Shown here: in pieces, positions 25,600 to 40,160 of the stretch
Layout: the number at the start of each line of letters is the position of its first letter
Position numbering within the stretch: the stretch's first letter is position 1
From: Cycas panzhihuaensis
Lineage: Eukaryota; Plantae; Cycadophyta
Assembly: GCA_023213395.1 (NCBI GenBank)
Contig: CM041465.1
Coordinates: 161,455,741 to 161,519,740 of the forward strand
Length of the DNA: 64,000 nucleotides
Reading direction: 5' to 3'
Notes under the pieces: model-generated
The model's input: the letters and a program-made list of their open reading frames with translations, nothing else
The model's database searches: none
Told to the model about the DNA's origin: nothing
Translations under genes and position numbers: made by a program

Positions 25600-28500
25600 C
25601 CATTCCATGTTAACTAGTAAAGAAAAGAGGAATCATAGTAAGACTATCCCTTCTAATATCAAAATCCACAAGGAGGGTATCAACATCAAATGATGTATTA
25701 TTAACAAAGAGTCCTTAGTTAATATTATTCCTCTTCAACTTCTGGAAGACCCAGAGATATCAACATATAAGATTATCAATTGAGTATATCAAGGTTATGA
25801 AGAAAATTAAAAGACTCTAATTGACTAGGTCACTCTTCCCACTCATATTAGTAGGGAGGACAATCATGGCAAATGTTACTATCCTTGATCTTGACTTAGA
25901 ATTCAATATGTTATTAGGTCAGCCATGGATTAGTCAAATATTAATAATTTACTTTTTTACTTTTAATAAGCTTAAGTTCATACGTGATGGCAAGCTCAAG
26001 GTCATCAAGCATAAGAGCAAGCCTATCAGATAGTTTGTTTCCCTTTTTAACATAATTTTCAAGGAAGGAGAATCTTCTTCTCCTTTCAACTCACTATGCT
26101 TTAAACAATATTTCACTATTGAACCAATTCTAAAAGGAGATGAAGAAGAGGCAATAGAGGTTCATATCATCACCATGATTTTGGAGGGAAAGCTTCCCAC
26201 TAGGTGATTTGAAGGAGGAACATATGATCACCATGACTTTTCCACAAGGTGATCCTCCTTTGACTCACTATGTGAGAGGCCTACCCTTTAATAATGAAGA
26301 GGATTCTCCCTCTCATGTTGATCTCTCTTTTGATCCTATCCATTAGCCTATTCATAACACATAATTTGACCTTATTTTCCACCTTGAATAGGACTTTACA
26401 ACCTAAGTGGGTCTTACACATGAGGTATCCACCCTTATCGACATCCTTTCTCATGCCTTTGACACCTCACTACAAGAGCATTTCACATTTGATCTACCTC
26501 TTTCTAATCCTCCATATGAGGAGAATCTAGTTCCAAGTGCTAGTCTTAGCCTTAATCACTTTAGAGGCCATCTTGATACATTTAGTAGGAGCCTCTCCTA
26601 GCCTCCTACCTAATCATCATAGACTTGGCTTCTCCAAATATATCTAGCTTCATCACCCTTAGTAAGTGTAAGCTAAGACTCTCACATTCCTCCTTCATTA
26701 GAGCCTACACCCCTTCACTTCAAGGAGTGTAACACCATGCTAGTTGTGGAAACCATTGATACTGACTTTAAAATTGATGGTAAAAATAAAGTAATCAAAG
26801 TGGGAAATGATTACTTGGCATTCAATGTCTAATAATTCAAGGAACTCTTTAGGGAGTTCTCTATAATCTTTGTGTGGTAATATAGTGACATGAAAATTTT
26901 ACACCTTGATATCAGTCCATAATATCACCACCATTATTGGGGCTAGACCTAAGTAATAAAAGTAGAGGCCCATCCACACTCACCTTTGTATGACAATCAA
27001 GTAAGAAGGTAAGAAGCTATTCAAAGTTGATTTTATCAAGACAATGGACTATTCTTAATGGGTATCAAACATTATTCCTATCGTAAAAAAGAATGGTGTG
27101 ATTTGGATTAGCATTGATTTTTGTGACCTTAATGATTTATATCCCAAGGATAATTTTCCATTGCCATTTCCTAACCAAATTTAGGAGAAAACTATAGGCT
27201 TTAAAGCGATGTCTCCCATGCATAGTTTGTCAGCATATAATTAGATTCTTATCTCACCCAAGGATCATCAAAAAATGGTAATCCCTATGCTATGGGGCAT
27301 ATTTTCTTATAAGGGCATGCCATTTTCCCTTAAGAATATTAGGGCAACTTACTAGTATACCATGACTTTCATCTTTTATAAATTGATTAGTGTCACAATC
27401 ACTATCTACCTTGATGACATATTAGGGTTGTTATGATTTTATAATCTAAGAATTATTTTTTAAAGATGTTGTAAGTATCAATTGTGCCTTACCTCTAACA
27501 AATATATGTTTGCCATCATATCAAGAAAGATACTCGAAAACATCATTTAAAGAAATGGTATCTAGGTAGATCCTAATAAAGTCAACACCATAATTACAAT
27601 TCCTCTACTACATAATAAAAAAATAAATCAAGTCATTTCTTAGAAGACTTAGATTCCTTTAAATATTCATTATTGATTTCATTCTAAATTTGGAGCCACT
27701 TATAAATCTCCTTAAAAGGTGGGGCTTTCTCTTAAATGGACATTAGTCATCCAAGATTCATTTGAAAACCTTAAGAAATCATTTATTTCTACTCCCACTC
27801 TTACTCTGCTAGAGTTTGCCAAACCTTTCATCTTATATACCTTTTCCACCAAGGAATCCCTCAAGGGTATGCTTGCCCAAGAAGGTGAATTTGGGTAAGT
27901 GTGAGCTCTCCACTTCATTAGTTACATGTTAGTGGACATAAAAATGAATTGTTCCCTATTTAAAAAGGAGTGGTTGGCCTTAGTCTTTGTGATTAAGAAA
28001 TTACAATATTATTTACTAAATAATACCATGCTTATCATTATATAGTTAAACCCCTTCACCACATATTTACTATAGCTAATCTTATTAGGTAAGCAAGTAA
28101 ATGGGCCTTATTATTCCAATAATTTTACTTATGAATCATCAATCACAAGTAAAATAAAGGCATCATTATTGTTGAATAGCTTATTACAACACCTCTTCCC
28201 AATATGGCTGACAACATCATCAGTGATATGCTCTTGAATAAGCACATCTTCTAGGTAGATATTATCCTTAACAAAATTAAAACACAATAGTATGATGATA
28301 TCTAAACTTACCTATAAGATAAAACCTACCCTTAGAATACCTCTTTAAAGAAAAGGAAGAGAGTTACAATAGTTGTGCATCATTACCTACTTCTCGATGA
28401 GATCCTTTACAAGTGCTCCTTCAATGGAACCTTGTTGAGATGGCTTACTCCTTCATAAGTATCAGTTGCTCTAACTAAATGTCATGATAGCATACATAAT

Positions 28501-29510
28501 GGGCACTTTGGTGGTTAGTCTACTACCTAACACATTCTTTGAATGTGGGATTTCTAACCTACTCTATTTAAAGATGTCTATATCCATATATAAAAATATG
28601 AGAAGTGTTAAGCATACTCCTCCTTAATTCATCATCTAAGCACTTCACTGAGAGTTGTCCTCTCATTGTGGTCATTTTTCCAATGGGGTCTTAACCTCAT
28701 TAGACAATTATATCCTCCATTTTCTAATATTCATAAGTTTATCCTAACTACCATTAAGTACTTCACAAGATAGAGTGAAGTTATTCTATTAAGCACTATG
28801 ACTATGAAGGTGGTTGCCACTTTTATCTTCTAATATATTATTTATAGATTTAGGGTCCCTAATGTCATTATAACAAATAATAGGACCTTATTCTACAACA
28901 CCTATATTGATGAGTTATGCAACAAATTCAATATCACCCATAAGACATCATCCTTGTACTACCAATAAGATAATGACTAGATTGAAGCCTTTAATAAAAC
29001 ATTAGATAATAGTTTGACTAAAATAGTAGCCACTTCCCATCAAGATTGGTAATCCTAACCTTTTTCCTAGCTTATGGGAATATTGCACTTCTATATGAAA
29101 TGTGATGGGAATAACTCCATTTTCCTTAGTCTATGATATTGAAGTTATTCTACTCTTAGAGGTTGAGATTCTTTCCCTTCAAGTGTCACTCAAGAATTTA
29201 AGTTATAAAGAATGGTTAAGGTAGTCTAGGATACCAAAACTTAAAAAGATGGATAAGACTTACCTTGAGGCATATCAAAAGAACCTAGCTTCTAAAAGTA
29301 GATTCCAAGCCACTCATGACAAGTATCTTAGGCCTAGGAAATTTCATATGGGTAAGAAAGTGCTTAAGTTAGAGTACCTCCATGATCAGAAGTGTAAGTT
29401 TAATCCCAACTGGGCCAATCCTTACTTGGTAATTAAAGATTTAGATAATGGAGTTTACTACCTATCCATCCTAGAATGCTTTGAATTCTAAAAATGTATT
29501 AATTTATAAT
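25600..29510 (+). pseudogene. pol: Tat-type Ty3/Gypsy pol (PR ~25700-26030, RT ~26990-27700, RH ~27780-28140, IN ~28300-29500)
   Basis: FNMLLGQPWI (PR); WVSNIIPIVKKNG..IDF.DLN...PKDNFPLP and TIYLDD (RT); PFILYT (RH); QWGLNLI, YFTR, KFNPNWANPY (IN with GPY module). Confidence 0.9.
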
Positions 29511-31529
29511 ACTTACAATAATATTATGCTTAGGAAGATCAAGCAATTTTTCTCTAAAATGAGAGTAAATCACATATGCTCCGCAATGAGCCTAAACTAC
29601 ATTCTCCTCCTCCCTCTCCTCTCCCCACCTAAAAAAATCCTTATGCTTGGGAGCACGAGGTCCTCATGTCTTCCTAAGGGCATGAGGTAGTTGGAACATT
29701 GAAATGGAAATTAGTGATGATATGGATTAAAGTGTTATAAACATAAGAATAGAAGAAGGTACTTAAAAGAATAAACCACGGTGATAATTGAAGGCCAAGG
29801 AGGGCCTTGGAAGGGTACAAGTTCCTAAAAGTTTCTTGCACTTAAAAAAATCCAAGGGAGAATCTAACATGCCTTGGGAGATTTGTTGCTTATCAAATAG
29901 ATTCTTTAACTTATTTAATGGGTGACTAGCCTCCCTTTAAGAAGTGTGGTATGAACATTAGTCAACTAAGACCACCTAATGATGACAGGTATTTCTATAA
30001 CTCTTCTTAGTCACATTTTTTAGGTTGCATTTGACTTCCCCTTTAGGGGGGTTAACATAATTTAGATTTTCATTCCCAAGGAATTGGTGTTGATTATTTT
30101 ATTAAGTGATCTTAAACATTAGACAAAACTAAGTAATCTCAAACTCTTAAGGATGGGATACTAATACCTTTTGGTTTCTCTCTTTTAATTTTAGGATGTT
30201 TCTCTAATTTTCAACATATTTCTACTTTCCATTTTAGAGTTTTTCTTATATATAATTAAGTATAAATGATGTGTATAAATCAATCCCTCTAAAATTTTAA
30301 GAAAAGAAAAAAAAATCATAAATTTACAAAAAGAATACAAAAAGTAAGTGTGTGTTTTCCTTTTTCATTTTTCTCCGTTTGGTGTTATCCCCATTAGAAC
30401 CTCTTTATCCTAGCTCATCTTGGCAGGATGGTGCCTAGTTATGCATTTAAAAAGTCAAGTCCTCCATCTATATGGCATTCCCTATAATCTAGTTGAGACC
30501 TATATTCAATGAACTTGCACTTTCTTTAGTCATCCCTACTCACACTAAGGCATTCTTCTTTAACATGTGTTAAAAATCTATTAGTATACCTTCTTTCTCA
30601 AGTTGATTCTCTATGTGGTTAAGCAAATGATGGTTTTCCCTCACTTGATAGATTTTTTAGTTTTATCCTACCAATGCTTTATTCACACTACTCGCTTGGT
30701 ATATTACATACTCCTTGTTATAGTTAATCTTCTTAGTTTGCTCAAGTTCCTTCCCTAAGGTTTATTGTCCAATGCCTCTCATCCTATAATAACTCAAAGT
30801 CACCTTGATCGAATATCCCTTACACTACCCTCGATTAATCCTTCAAGGACTTGGTCTTAGTCTTTTCATTACCCATGCTTCATCTAGTAGCATCCTTACT
30901 ATACATCTAATGCCCCATGGTTAGGTTAATCACTGTTGTACCTTTTAAAACCAAATACCCTCAATAACCATCATGCCTTGATGAATGTCATATCTCAACT
31001 ATAGTCAACTTGTCCCCTAAGGTAAGTATGAGACTAGACAAAGTGCATCATCTAGAAAATAAGTTTAGTAATGTGTAGTTTATCGTGACCCTTATTTAAA
31101 CTATTACATGGAATGATACCCTTCCCTCCCCTCCTTAAAAAGAGAGAGAGAGAGAAATGAGAGAAGATCTGTATATATGTATATAGACCCTTCACCTTCC
31201 TAGTATTTAGGATAAGTCATATGTTGACTTCATCTCTACCTATAATTACAAAATTTAGATCTAACTGTATGTATTATCTAAGGCCTTTAAACCCAATTGC
31301 TTGGGCCAACTATAGCCTAAATTGAGATCAAATCCTATTTAGTGTTTGGGGAGATCTAAAATCACTTATTTTAAAAGGTGTAAACTTAGTAAGGAAATTG
31401 AACCATAGGGCACACTCCCTTTATGGTTTTATAGTCAAAGCTAAGTTTCCCGATCCTTATCCTTATTGGTTAATTCCCATATCATCCTTATAATTAATAA
31501 TTTATCTTTGGGTTATTATCCCTTTTTCC

Positions 31530-31930
31530 CATGGCATTGAATATTCATGCTAATAAGAAAGCTAGGTGAACCTAGGACCATCCATTATCACTTGGATTAT
31601 CCATGATCAATTAGGAAATGTCATCACTTATACTAGGGTCTTCCTCCCTCAAGCAACCAATAATATAGTTGAGTATATAGTTATCATGGGTACCATAAGT
31701 GATGCTCTATAGTTTCACTCTAGTCCTATCAATCTATCCTTTAACTCAAAAATCATCGTTACTAGTTGTAATATATCTATGAAGGTCACTTTAATCACTT
31801 ATGCACCCTCATAATTATTATCTCATCATTACTCCTCAATTCTCTTCATTTTCTATTTAACACCTTCTCTATAGTCAGAATATAGAAGTTGACTCCCTTG
31901 TATCTTACATGATCAATCACTATCATTTAT
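31530..31930 (+). pseudogene. Additional archaeal-type RNase H (aRH) about 2 kb downstream of the Tat integrase
   Basis: IIHDQLGNVITYTRVFLPQATNNIVEY...FNSKIIV...HLLYSQNIEVDSLVS matches the aRH motifs TNNxAEY, DSxLV and HxxRxxNxxADxLA. Confidence 0.82.
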
Positions 31931-32379
31931 AACCTTGCCACTTTAAGTTAGGGGTATCAACACTCCATGATGAGTATAAAGTAGTTGCTTCCCCCAAGAC
32001 TTATGCTTAGGGGCATCATTGTCTCCATAATGAGAATAAAATATGTCTTTGAAATTCCACCTACTAAAGAGCCTAAATTATGCTAGTCCCCATCATGCAC
32101 TCATAATAGATAAACACTCTATAATAAGTATAAACTGAATATAGATGACATATCCAAAAATCCAAAAAAATAAATATTAATAAAAACTTAAAACATCTAT
32201 ATCGTTATGCATAACTATAAAAATATACTCATGCACAATTTAAGAGGCTAATCATCAAGGGGATATGAGGGGGAATAAGAGATAGAGAGAATGAGACAAT
32301 ACACTTCACATCAAAAATAAGAAGGATTCCACTATATATACACAAATATCAAAGTAATACAACATATATAATACAATAG

Positions 32380-34295
32380 TATAATATGTCATGGTCCTTT
32401 AACTTCCATGGGCATGTACGTATTACTCAAAGTTGAGCTTATATAATCACATCCTTATGCCCATGGAGTGGACTCGTATCCTCATCCCCTTTGTCCTCTC
32501 CTAACACTACCCTTGTCACTCATGTTGAGCTACTATCATGGTCACAATAGTGGTGGTTGTTGTTATATGTTGGTTTGCCTACCCCTAAGCTAGTGAGTGT
32601 GTGTGTAGGATGCCTCACTCCTATGAGTATGTGTTTAGGGATAATGGATACTCTGGCTTTATGAGTGTGTGGGCGTTGGCTATCCCCATACCTAGGCTAG
32701 TATCACTTATTACATATACTCCCTCTCACTCTCTACAACCTTTAACTATGCCTCTAGCCCACTTAGTTCTACCTCTCACACTACTAACTATGCTCATAAG
32801 TTTACCTCCCATGTAGCTAGTTATACCCATTACACTACCTATTGCATAATCGTTTATGTCTCCAATTCTTAATACATATTATGTGCTTTGATTGTTGATC
32901 TAGAATGTCATGTATGGCAACCCTAAAACTTGGGATCACCCTCACATCACATGAGATCCTCCTATGGGCTTTACATAAATGGCGAGAGGTCATCAAGTGT
33001 CCATCTCAAAAACATTGCCTCCATCAACTCATTAACTATATATTAACTATGAATGATGAGTCAATGCCATCTATACAAGTGTATAAGTCACTAAAAATAT
33101 GTAGATCAGTAATAGCTTAGTAAGAGGAATAAATGAAAAGCAACAAAAGTAAATGCATACCCCCATTAGATAACTTAAAGGCCTCAATTGGGTTAGCTCA
33201 GTGTTAGATCCTATGTCTATCTCCTCCCTCACCTATAACTCCCTCCTATGGAGGACAAGGAACACCCTCCCCTCTAGTTAGCTACCCCACTCTGCCAACC
33301 ACTCCATTTGTCCTAGCCAACTACTATAGGTTTTCCATGGCCTCGACATCTAAATGGGGTACCTATCACCTCCACCCATTACATCACCACCTACCTTGCC
33401 ATCTAATAGGGGCACTTACCACCCTCCACCTACTGCTCTACCACCAGCCCTATCACCTACTAGAAGTACATGCACTACTACCTCTACTACATCAACATCA
33501 TAATCAAACCATGGCAGTATACCCTCATATGGGTTTTCCACTAAGTAATCTAAAGCTATATGATCTAGTTGGGGGTACTATAAACTCCTTACTCTCACCT
33601 CCCATCTCACTTAAATGTATGCCCACATGTATCATTAATTTATAATTGAATCCATAATGGCAAACCTTCCTACAATTCCAACTAGGTGTGTCAAAGGAAT
33701 ATGGTTAAAAAACTAGCATGTTAAATTCGAGTTGTAAGAGAATCCACCCATACCATTATGGTGAATCCTTATCAACTAGTGGTTCATACTCTTCATAATA
33801 TACTCATCATAATTTAGTCACACTCTAACCTCACACTATTAAATGACCCTTACCCACTAGTTAAGTAAGCTCATATAGTTTTGTATCCTTACTATACAAA
33901 ACATGATAATTAGGACAAGCACCTTTCAAATGGTGGGGATGCACTATGCTTACATAAATACCATGGCAACTATATTACCCTACCATGTTAGTCATGTACT
34001 AGCTTGTTATTATCAGATGATCCTCCTCAATCACCTCTATTAATATTATGAGTTGTCCTCTTCATGGAACACTCAATATCTTCCTTATATTTTGAGTGAT
34101 AATCCTAATATTACCCATTCCTCCAGATCCAAATACATTCTCTCTTAGGGTCTAATGGTTGATCAAATCCACTAAAAATCCATGGCCTATCACTAACTAG
34201 ATGGACTTATTATTCTTAGGAAACCCACACCAATAGAGTGTTTATTGCCCAATAAGAGTAAGATGCTTAAGGAATGTATCTACATGCATGAGTTC
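32380..34295 (-). pseudogene. Decayed antisense extra ORF of the Tat element with a 70-nt intron (33091-33160)
   Basis: Minus strand shows a Gly-rich block, a coiled-coil-like block (ELSGLEA*LKVVESERE), a canonical GT-AG intron and an upstream acceptor TTTTGTAG ending at 34296. Confidence 0.55.
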
Positions 34296-34651
34296 CTACA
34301 AAATATAAATGAAAGACAAAAGTTAATATAGCATCATATTAGGAAGAAATAGATGAAATTTAAGCTAAAATACCAAATTTTATTTATCACATTTTTAACT
34401 AAAAAGCATAATTATACAATAAAAAATGTGATGACTTAACACAAAAATGTAATAATAGAAAATTAAAATGCAATAATTAAGCCCAAAATTGTGATATTAT
34501 GGTCAAATATATGATGAATTTATACATAAAATATAATCTTCAACTTAAAAACATGATAAAATACTTTATTATAGTTTATGTTTGTTTCTTGTATTTTGTG
34601 TAGCTTATTTTACTTTTTCTATTATTATCTCATATGTTAGAAAATAATCTC

Positions 34652-34886
<235 letters not shown>

Positions 34887-35098
34887 GTTTAAATGCACTA
34901 AAAACTCATTGAGCATCTCCTATGTGCTACCAGTATCTCAATATTAATTTGTAAGAGCTCACTACATGTTGATTTAATAGTTAGATATCCTAGAATACTT
35001 AGAAGTATACTATGGAAACTCTTTGAACATAATCAACATATATCATAAATTATTTAAAATGTTTAAAATATTAGAGTACAAAGCCCCTTTCTAGTGTA

Positions 35099-38000
35099 TG
35101 CTAGATATGTTGAACACTTTACAAGTGTTATATAGGTATAGGTGTTACACTTGAGTCCCTTTGTAGGGTCTAGGGACCCATTGTAGGGCGCTCAAATAGG
35201 GGGTTTGGGGGGGCAGTGGGGTTTCGAGGGTGGGAGCTCTCAAGAAAAAATTTTGGGTGTCTTATGGAGGTCTTTGTTAGCCCATGGTTTATGCCCATTA
35301 TATTGTAAAACTACAAGGTGGTATCATATAATGTTGTGTCTGTATATTCTTATGTAACGACATATGTAACATGGTTATGGATGAATCTTTGATGATTTAA
35401 TGAGAAGAGTTGGGGTTTATTCATCTCTATAATTCTTTAGTTATTACTTAAATTAATAAAAGATTTATGCTTAGACTTGAATCTCCTAGTGTTCTTTATT
35501 GAGTGCTTGACTTGTTTATGATATTTGTTCTTTATATAGTTTAAAGTTATGTTATCACATTACTTCTGCAGTTATATTTTCTCTTCATTTGGTATCAAAG
35601 TTGAGGGTTTTAGTTATGTGGGAAGCCATTTGATAAGTGGAAGCCTTGTTTAGTAAACTTGAATGTAAAGATCATGGAAAGAACTACAAAAATGGAGATT
35701 AAAAAGTTTAATGGCCAAAACTTTAAGTTGTGGAAGCTAAAGATGGAAGATACTGTTATCAAGAAGGATCAATAGATTATTGTAATAGGGATAAAGCATG
35801 TGACTATGGGTGATGAAGACTAGAAGAAGATTGATCAAAAAGTAATTAGTTTAATAAGGTTATGCCTTTTAGACATGATGTTGTTGAATGTTTCTACAGA
35901 GTATATGGCCAAAGATCTATGGAGAAAGCTAAAGGCTTTATATCAGACTAAGTCCCTAGTTAATAAGCTATTTTTTTAAAAAAAAGTTATATTTACTCAG
36001 GATGAGTGATGGGGATGTAGTTGTAGATCATCTCATTGTATTCAACACCATGGTAATCCATATTGTTTCAGTTGGAGTAATAATATCTGAAAAAGACAAG
36101 TGTATTACCCTATTATGTTTACTTCCTTATTCCTAAGATAATCTTATAATGATGATTAGCAGCTACTTCTCCTACCCTAAAATTTGATGATATTGTTGCT
36201 ACTTTTCTATCATAAAAGATAGGATGAAAATCTTCTAAGGATTATTAAAAAGAAGCATTAGCAGTGAGAGGTCAAATATTGGATCATAACCAATAACAAA
36301 CGACCAAAATCTAGAGGAAAATCCAAATCTCTAGGTAGAGGCCCCTTAGTATACTAAAGATGTGGGAAGGCTAGTTATATGAAGAGCCAGTGTCAAGTCA
36401 AGGTTGATAATGGAAAGTCACCTAAAGCTACTTCTTCCATAGTAGCAAAAGCCTCCGATGAAGCTGATAACAATATTTAGTTGGAAACATCAGGTAAGTT
36501 GTTAAATGTTGAGTCTTGGTTAATTGACTTTGGTGCTTCACTTCATGTTACTCCCCATAGGGAGTGGTTATGTGAATACATAAGTATTAATGGAGGTGAA
36601 GTATTTTTTGGGGATTATTACCCATATAAAATTATAGGTCATAGAAAAGTGAAGGTTTGATTTGGATATGGAAGGGTTAAAACTATCCCTGATATGAGTC
36701 ATATTCCTAGTTTGGTTATGAGTCTATTATCTGTTAGTCAATTAGATGATGTAGGAATAGAAGTGATTTTCAATAAAAATAATTGCAGAATGGTTTAAGT
36801 AGCATTGGTGTTAACAAGAGAGGTCTAATTTGGAACACTATAGAAGCTTAATGCAAGCACAGTATGTACTGGTAATTATAGTCCAACTATCATAAAAGAT
36901 AGCAATAATGCAAGTAAGACTTAAATATCACTTGTTGGTAAAACTATGTTATGGCATCAGAGATTGGGACATATTAGAGAGAAAGGCCTCCATGATTTAT
37001 TCTCCAAAGGTATGGTAGAAGACATCTCTAGAAGTAATAGCTCCTTTGATTTTGGTTTCTATGAACATTGTATATATGGAAAATAGAATCGGGTTAGTTC
37101 TCCTTCAAGCTCAAAGAGAGCAAAGGGTATTCTATAATTAGTGTATAGTAATATTTTTTGACCTATTAATATACCCTTATTGGGTGGGTGCAAATACTTT
37201 GTTTCATTCATAGATGATTTCTCAAGAAAGATATGGCTATACTTTCTTAGATAGAAATCTAAAGTCTTTAGTAAATTCAAAGAATTCAAGGCCTTAGTTA
37301 AGAATTAAAGTGATAAGTAGATCAAGATACTTAGGACTAATAATAGATAAAAGTTTTGCTCAAAGGAGTTTGAGTTGTTCTGTAAGTAGTGTGGGATAAC
37401 AAGGCAAAGGACAATTCCCTATAAGCCATAGTAGCATAGAGTTGCTAAAAGAATGAATAAGATCTTGCTAGAGAGAATGAGGAGTATGCTCAGTGTTACT
37501 AAATTAGAGAAGAAATTTTGGGTTGAAGCTATGATGGCTACAAGCTACTTAATGAACAGATCACCAATAATTGCCTTAGTATACAAAACACATGAAGAAG
37601 TGTAGCCTAGTAAGAAACCATCTCTTGGTCATCTTAGAGTTTTTAGTTGTGAAGCTTTTGTACGTGTTCCTAGATTGTAGAGGACTAAGCTTGATTTCAA
37701 AGCATAAAAGACTATTTTCATTAGCTATAGTGATGGTACTAAAGGGTATAAGATTTATAACCTTAAAACATAAAAGGTTGTGTATAGCTATGATATTGTG
37801 TTTAGAGAGAAGTTTAAGCCTCTAAAATAGGATGAAGAACTAAAGGAGAAACACTCTAAGAAGGTATAATTTAAAATAAAGGATGAAGATTCTATATTAG
37901 AATATAAGTCAGTTGAAGAGAAAGGACCAGTTTCAGAGGTAGCTCAACCTCAAGAACCCTACATCTTGAGGAGATCAACTCATGAGAGAAGATAACCTAA

Positions 38001-40160
38001 CAGGTATATTCTTAAAGACTTACATAACTCTTCTTTTATTTTATATATTATAGATAATGATCCAAATACTATTTAAGAGGCTTTAGAGTCAAAAGAGAGC
38101 CAACTTTGTACGAAGGCCATGTAAAAAGAAATGATGACCTTAGACAAAAATAACACATGGGATTTGGTAGATCTACTTGATGGCAGAAAACTTATTGATA
38201 ACAAATGGATCTTCAAGAAGAAGTTCCAGATAAATGGTATTATGGAAAAGTACAAGGCTTGCTTGGTAATAAAGGCCTATTCTTAAGTCAATAGAATAAA
38301 TTTTAGTGAGGTATTTTCTCTTATTACAAAATTTGTTTTGATTAGATTTGTATTGGCTATAGTAACTGCTTATGACCTTGAGGTGGATCAAATGGATGTG
38401 AAAACTATATTTTTTCATGGTGACCTCGAGGAAGAAATTTATATGTTGTAGCCTAAAGGGTTTGAAGTTGTAGAGAAGGAGAATATGGTGTGTAGATTGA
38501 AGAAGTCATTATATGGCTTAGAACAATCACCAAGGATGTGGTATCAAAAGTTTGATTCACATATGTTAGCGGATGGCTTTATGCATAGAAAAGTAGATTA
38601 TTGTATTTGTTATAAGAAGGTTGGTGATCATTTTGTTATTTTGGCTTTATATGTTGATGACATCCTTTTAGTCGGTAACAATAAAGAAATGAACCAACTT
38701 GTAAAAGGCCAACTAGCATCTCATTTTGAGATGAAGGATCTTGGTGCTGTACATTTTATTTTGGGCATTGAAATTAAAAGGGATGTGAGAAATAGAAAGA
38801 TTTGGCTTAACCAAAGATAGTACATTAAGACAATATTATAGTGGTTTAGGTTACTGGATAGTAAACTAGTTAATGTTCCTCTTTCTATTAGTTTAAAATT
38901 ATCAGTTGAACAATACCCAAAGACTCACTAAGAAGTTGAAGACATGGCATTTGTCCTTTATGGTATTTCTATCAGTAGCTTAATATATGCGATGATTTGC
39001 ACTCAACCAGACATTGCCCATGTAGCAAAAGTAGTTAGCAGGTATATATCACACCTAGGTAAGGAGCATAGATGGCTATGAAAAGGATTTTCAGGTATCT
39101 ATGGGGTACATCAGACTATGGAATTTATTATCAAGGAGATCCTATGGAGAGTAGAACACTGAACTTGAGAGGTTTTGTTGATGTTGATTGGGCTAGAGAT
39201 CTTGATAGTAGAAGATCTACAAGTGGGTATGTTTTTACCCTTTATGATAGCACAATCAGCTGGATGAGTAAAAGATAGCAAGTTGTGGTACTTTCTAGCA
39301 TAAAATAAGAGTACATGGTAGCTACTCATACATGCAATGGAGTAGTTTGGTTAGATAGATTATGCATAGATATTAGCTTCAAGTAGGATACTGTGAGAAT
39401 AGATTATAATAGTCAAGGTGTAATCTACCTAGTAAAGAACCCCATTTCTCATGCTTAGTTGAAGCATATTGATGTGCAGTTCCATTTTGTGAGAGAAATG
39501 ATTCAAGATCATAAGGTGGATTTGTAAAATATTACTACATAAGATAATATTGTAGACTCATTAACCAATATTGTTAGCATAGAAAATTTTAGATGGTGTA
39601 GAAATACAATGGGTATTTGTGATTTTAGTATTAAATAGTTATGTATATAGGTTTCTTGCAATAAGTAGGAGATTGTTAGATATGTTAAACACTTTGCAAG
39701 TGTTACGTGGGTATAGGCATTATACCTGAGCCCCTTTGTGGGGTTTAAGGACCCATTATAAGGAACTTATTTAGGGGTCTAGGGGCGATGGGCCCCAATG
39801 AGATTCGGTGGAAGCCCACAAAAAATTCGGTGTCATATAGGGGTCTTTGTCAGACCATGATTTATGTCCATTGTATTGTAAAACCATAAGGTAATATCTT
39901 GCAATGTTATATCTATATATTCTTATGTAATGGCATATGTAACATGGTTGTAGATGAGTCTTTAATGAGTTGATGATAAGAGTTGGGGCTTATTCATCTC
40001 TATAATCCCTTAGTTGTTACTCAGATTAATAAAAGGTCTATACTTAGACTTGAATCTCCTAGTGTTCTTTATTAAGTTCTTGACTTGTTTATGTTATTTG
40101 TTCTTTGCATGGTTTAAAGTTCTATTATCACATTACTTCTGTGGTTATATATTCTCTTTA
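35099..40160 (+). mobile_element. Full-length decayed Ty1/Copia element (Copia-2, Tork/Tnt1-like), 5.06 kb
   Basis: LTRs 35099-35587 and 39674-40160, TSD GTGTA / ATGTA, PBS TGGTATCAAAG at 35590, PPT AAGTAGGAGA before 39674. Confidence 0.95.
35674..39638 (+). pseudogene. gag-pol: Copia-2 gag-pol
   Basis: MERTTKMEIKKFNGQNFKLWKLKMED (Tnt1-like gag), WLIDFGASLH, LWHQRLGH, LKKSLYGLEQSPRMWY, LYVDD, DWARDLDSRRSTSGY. Confidence 0.95.
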
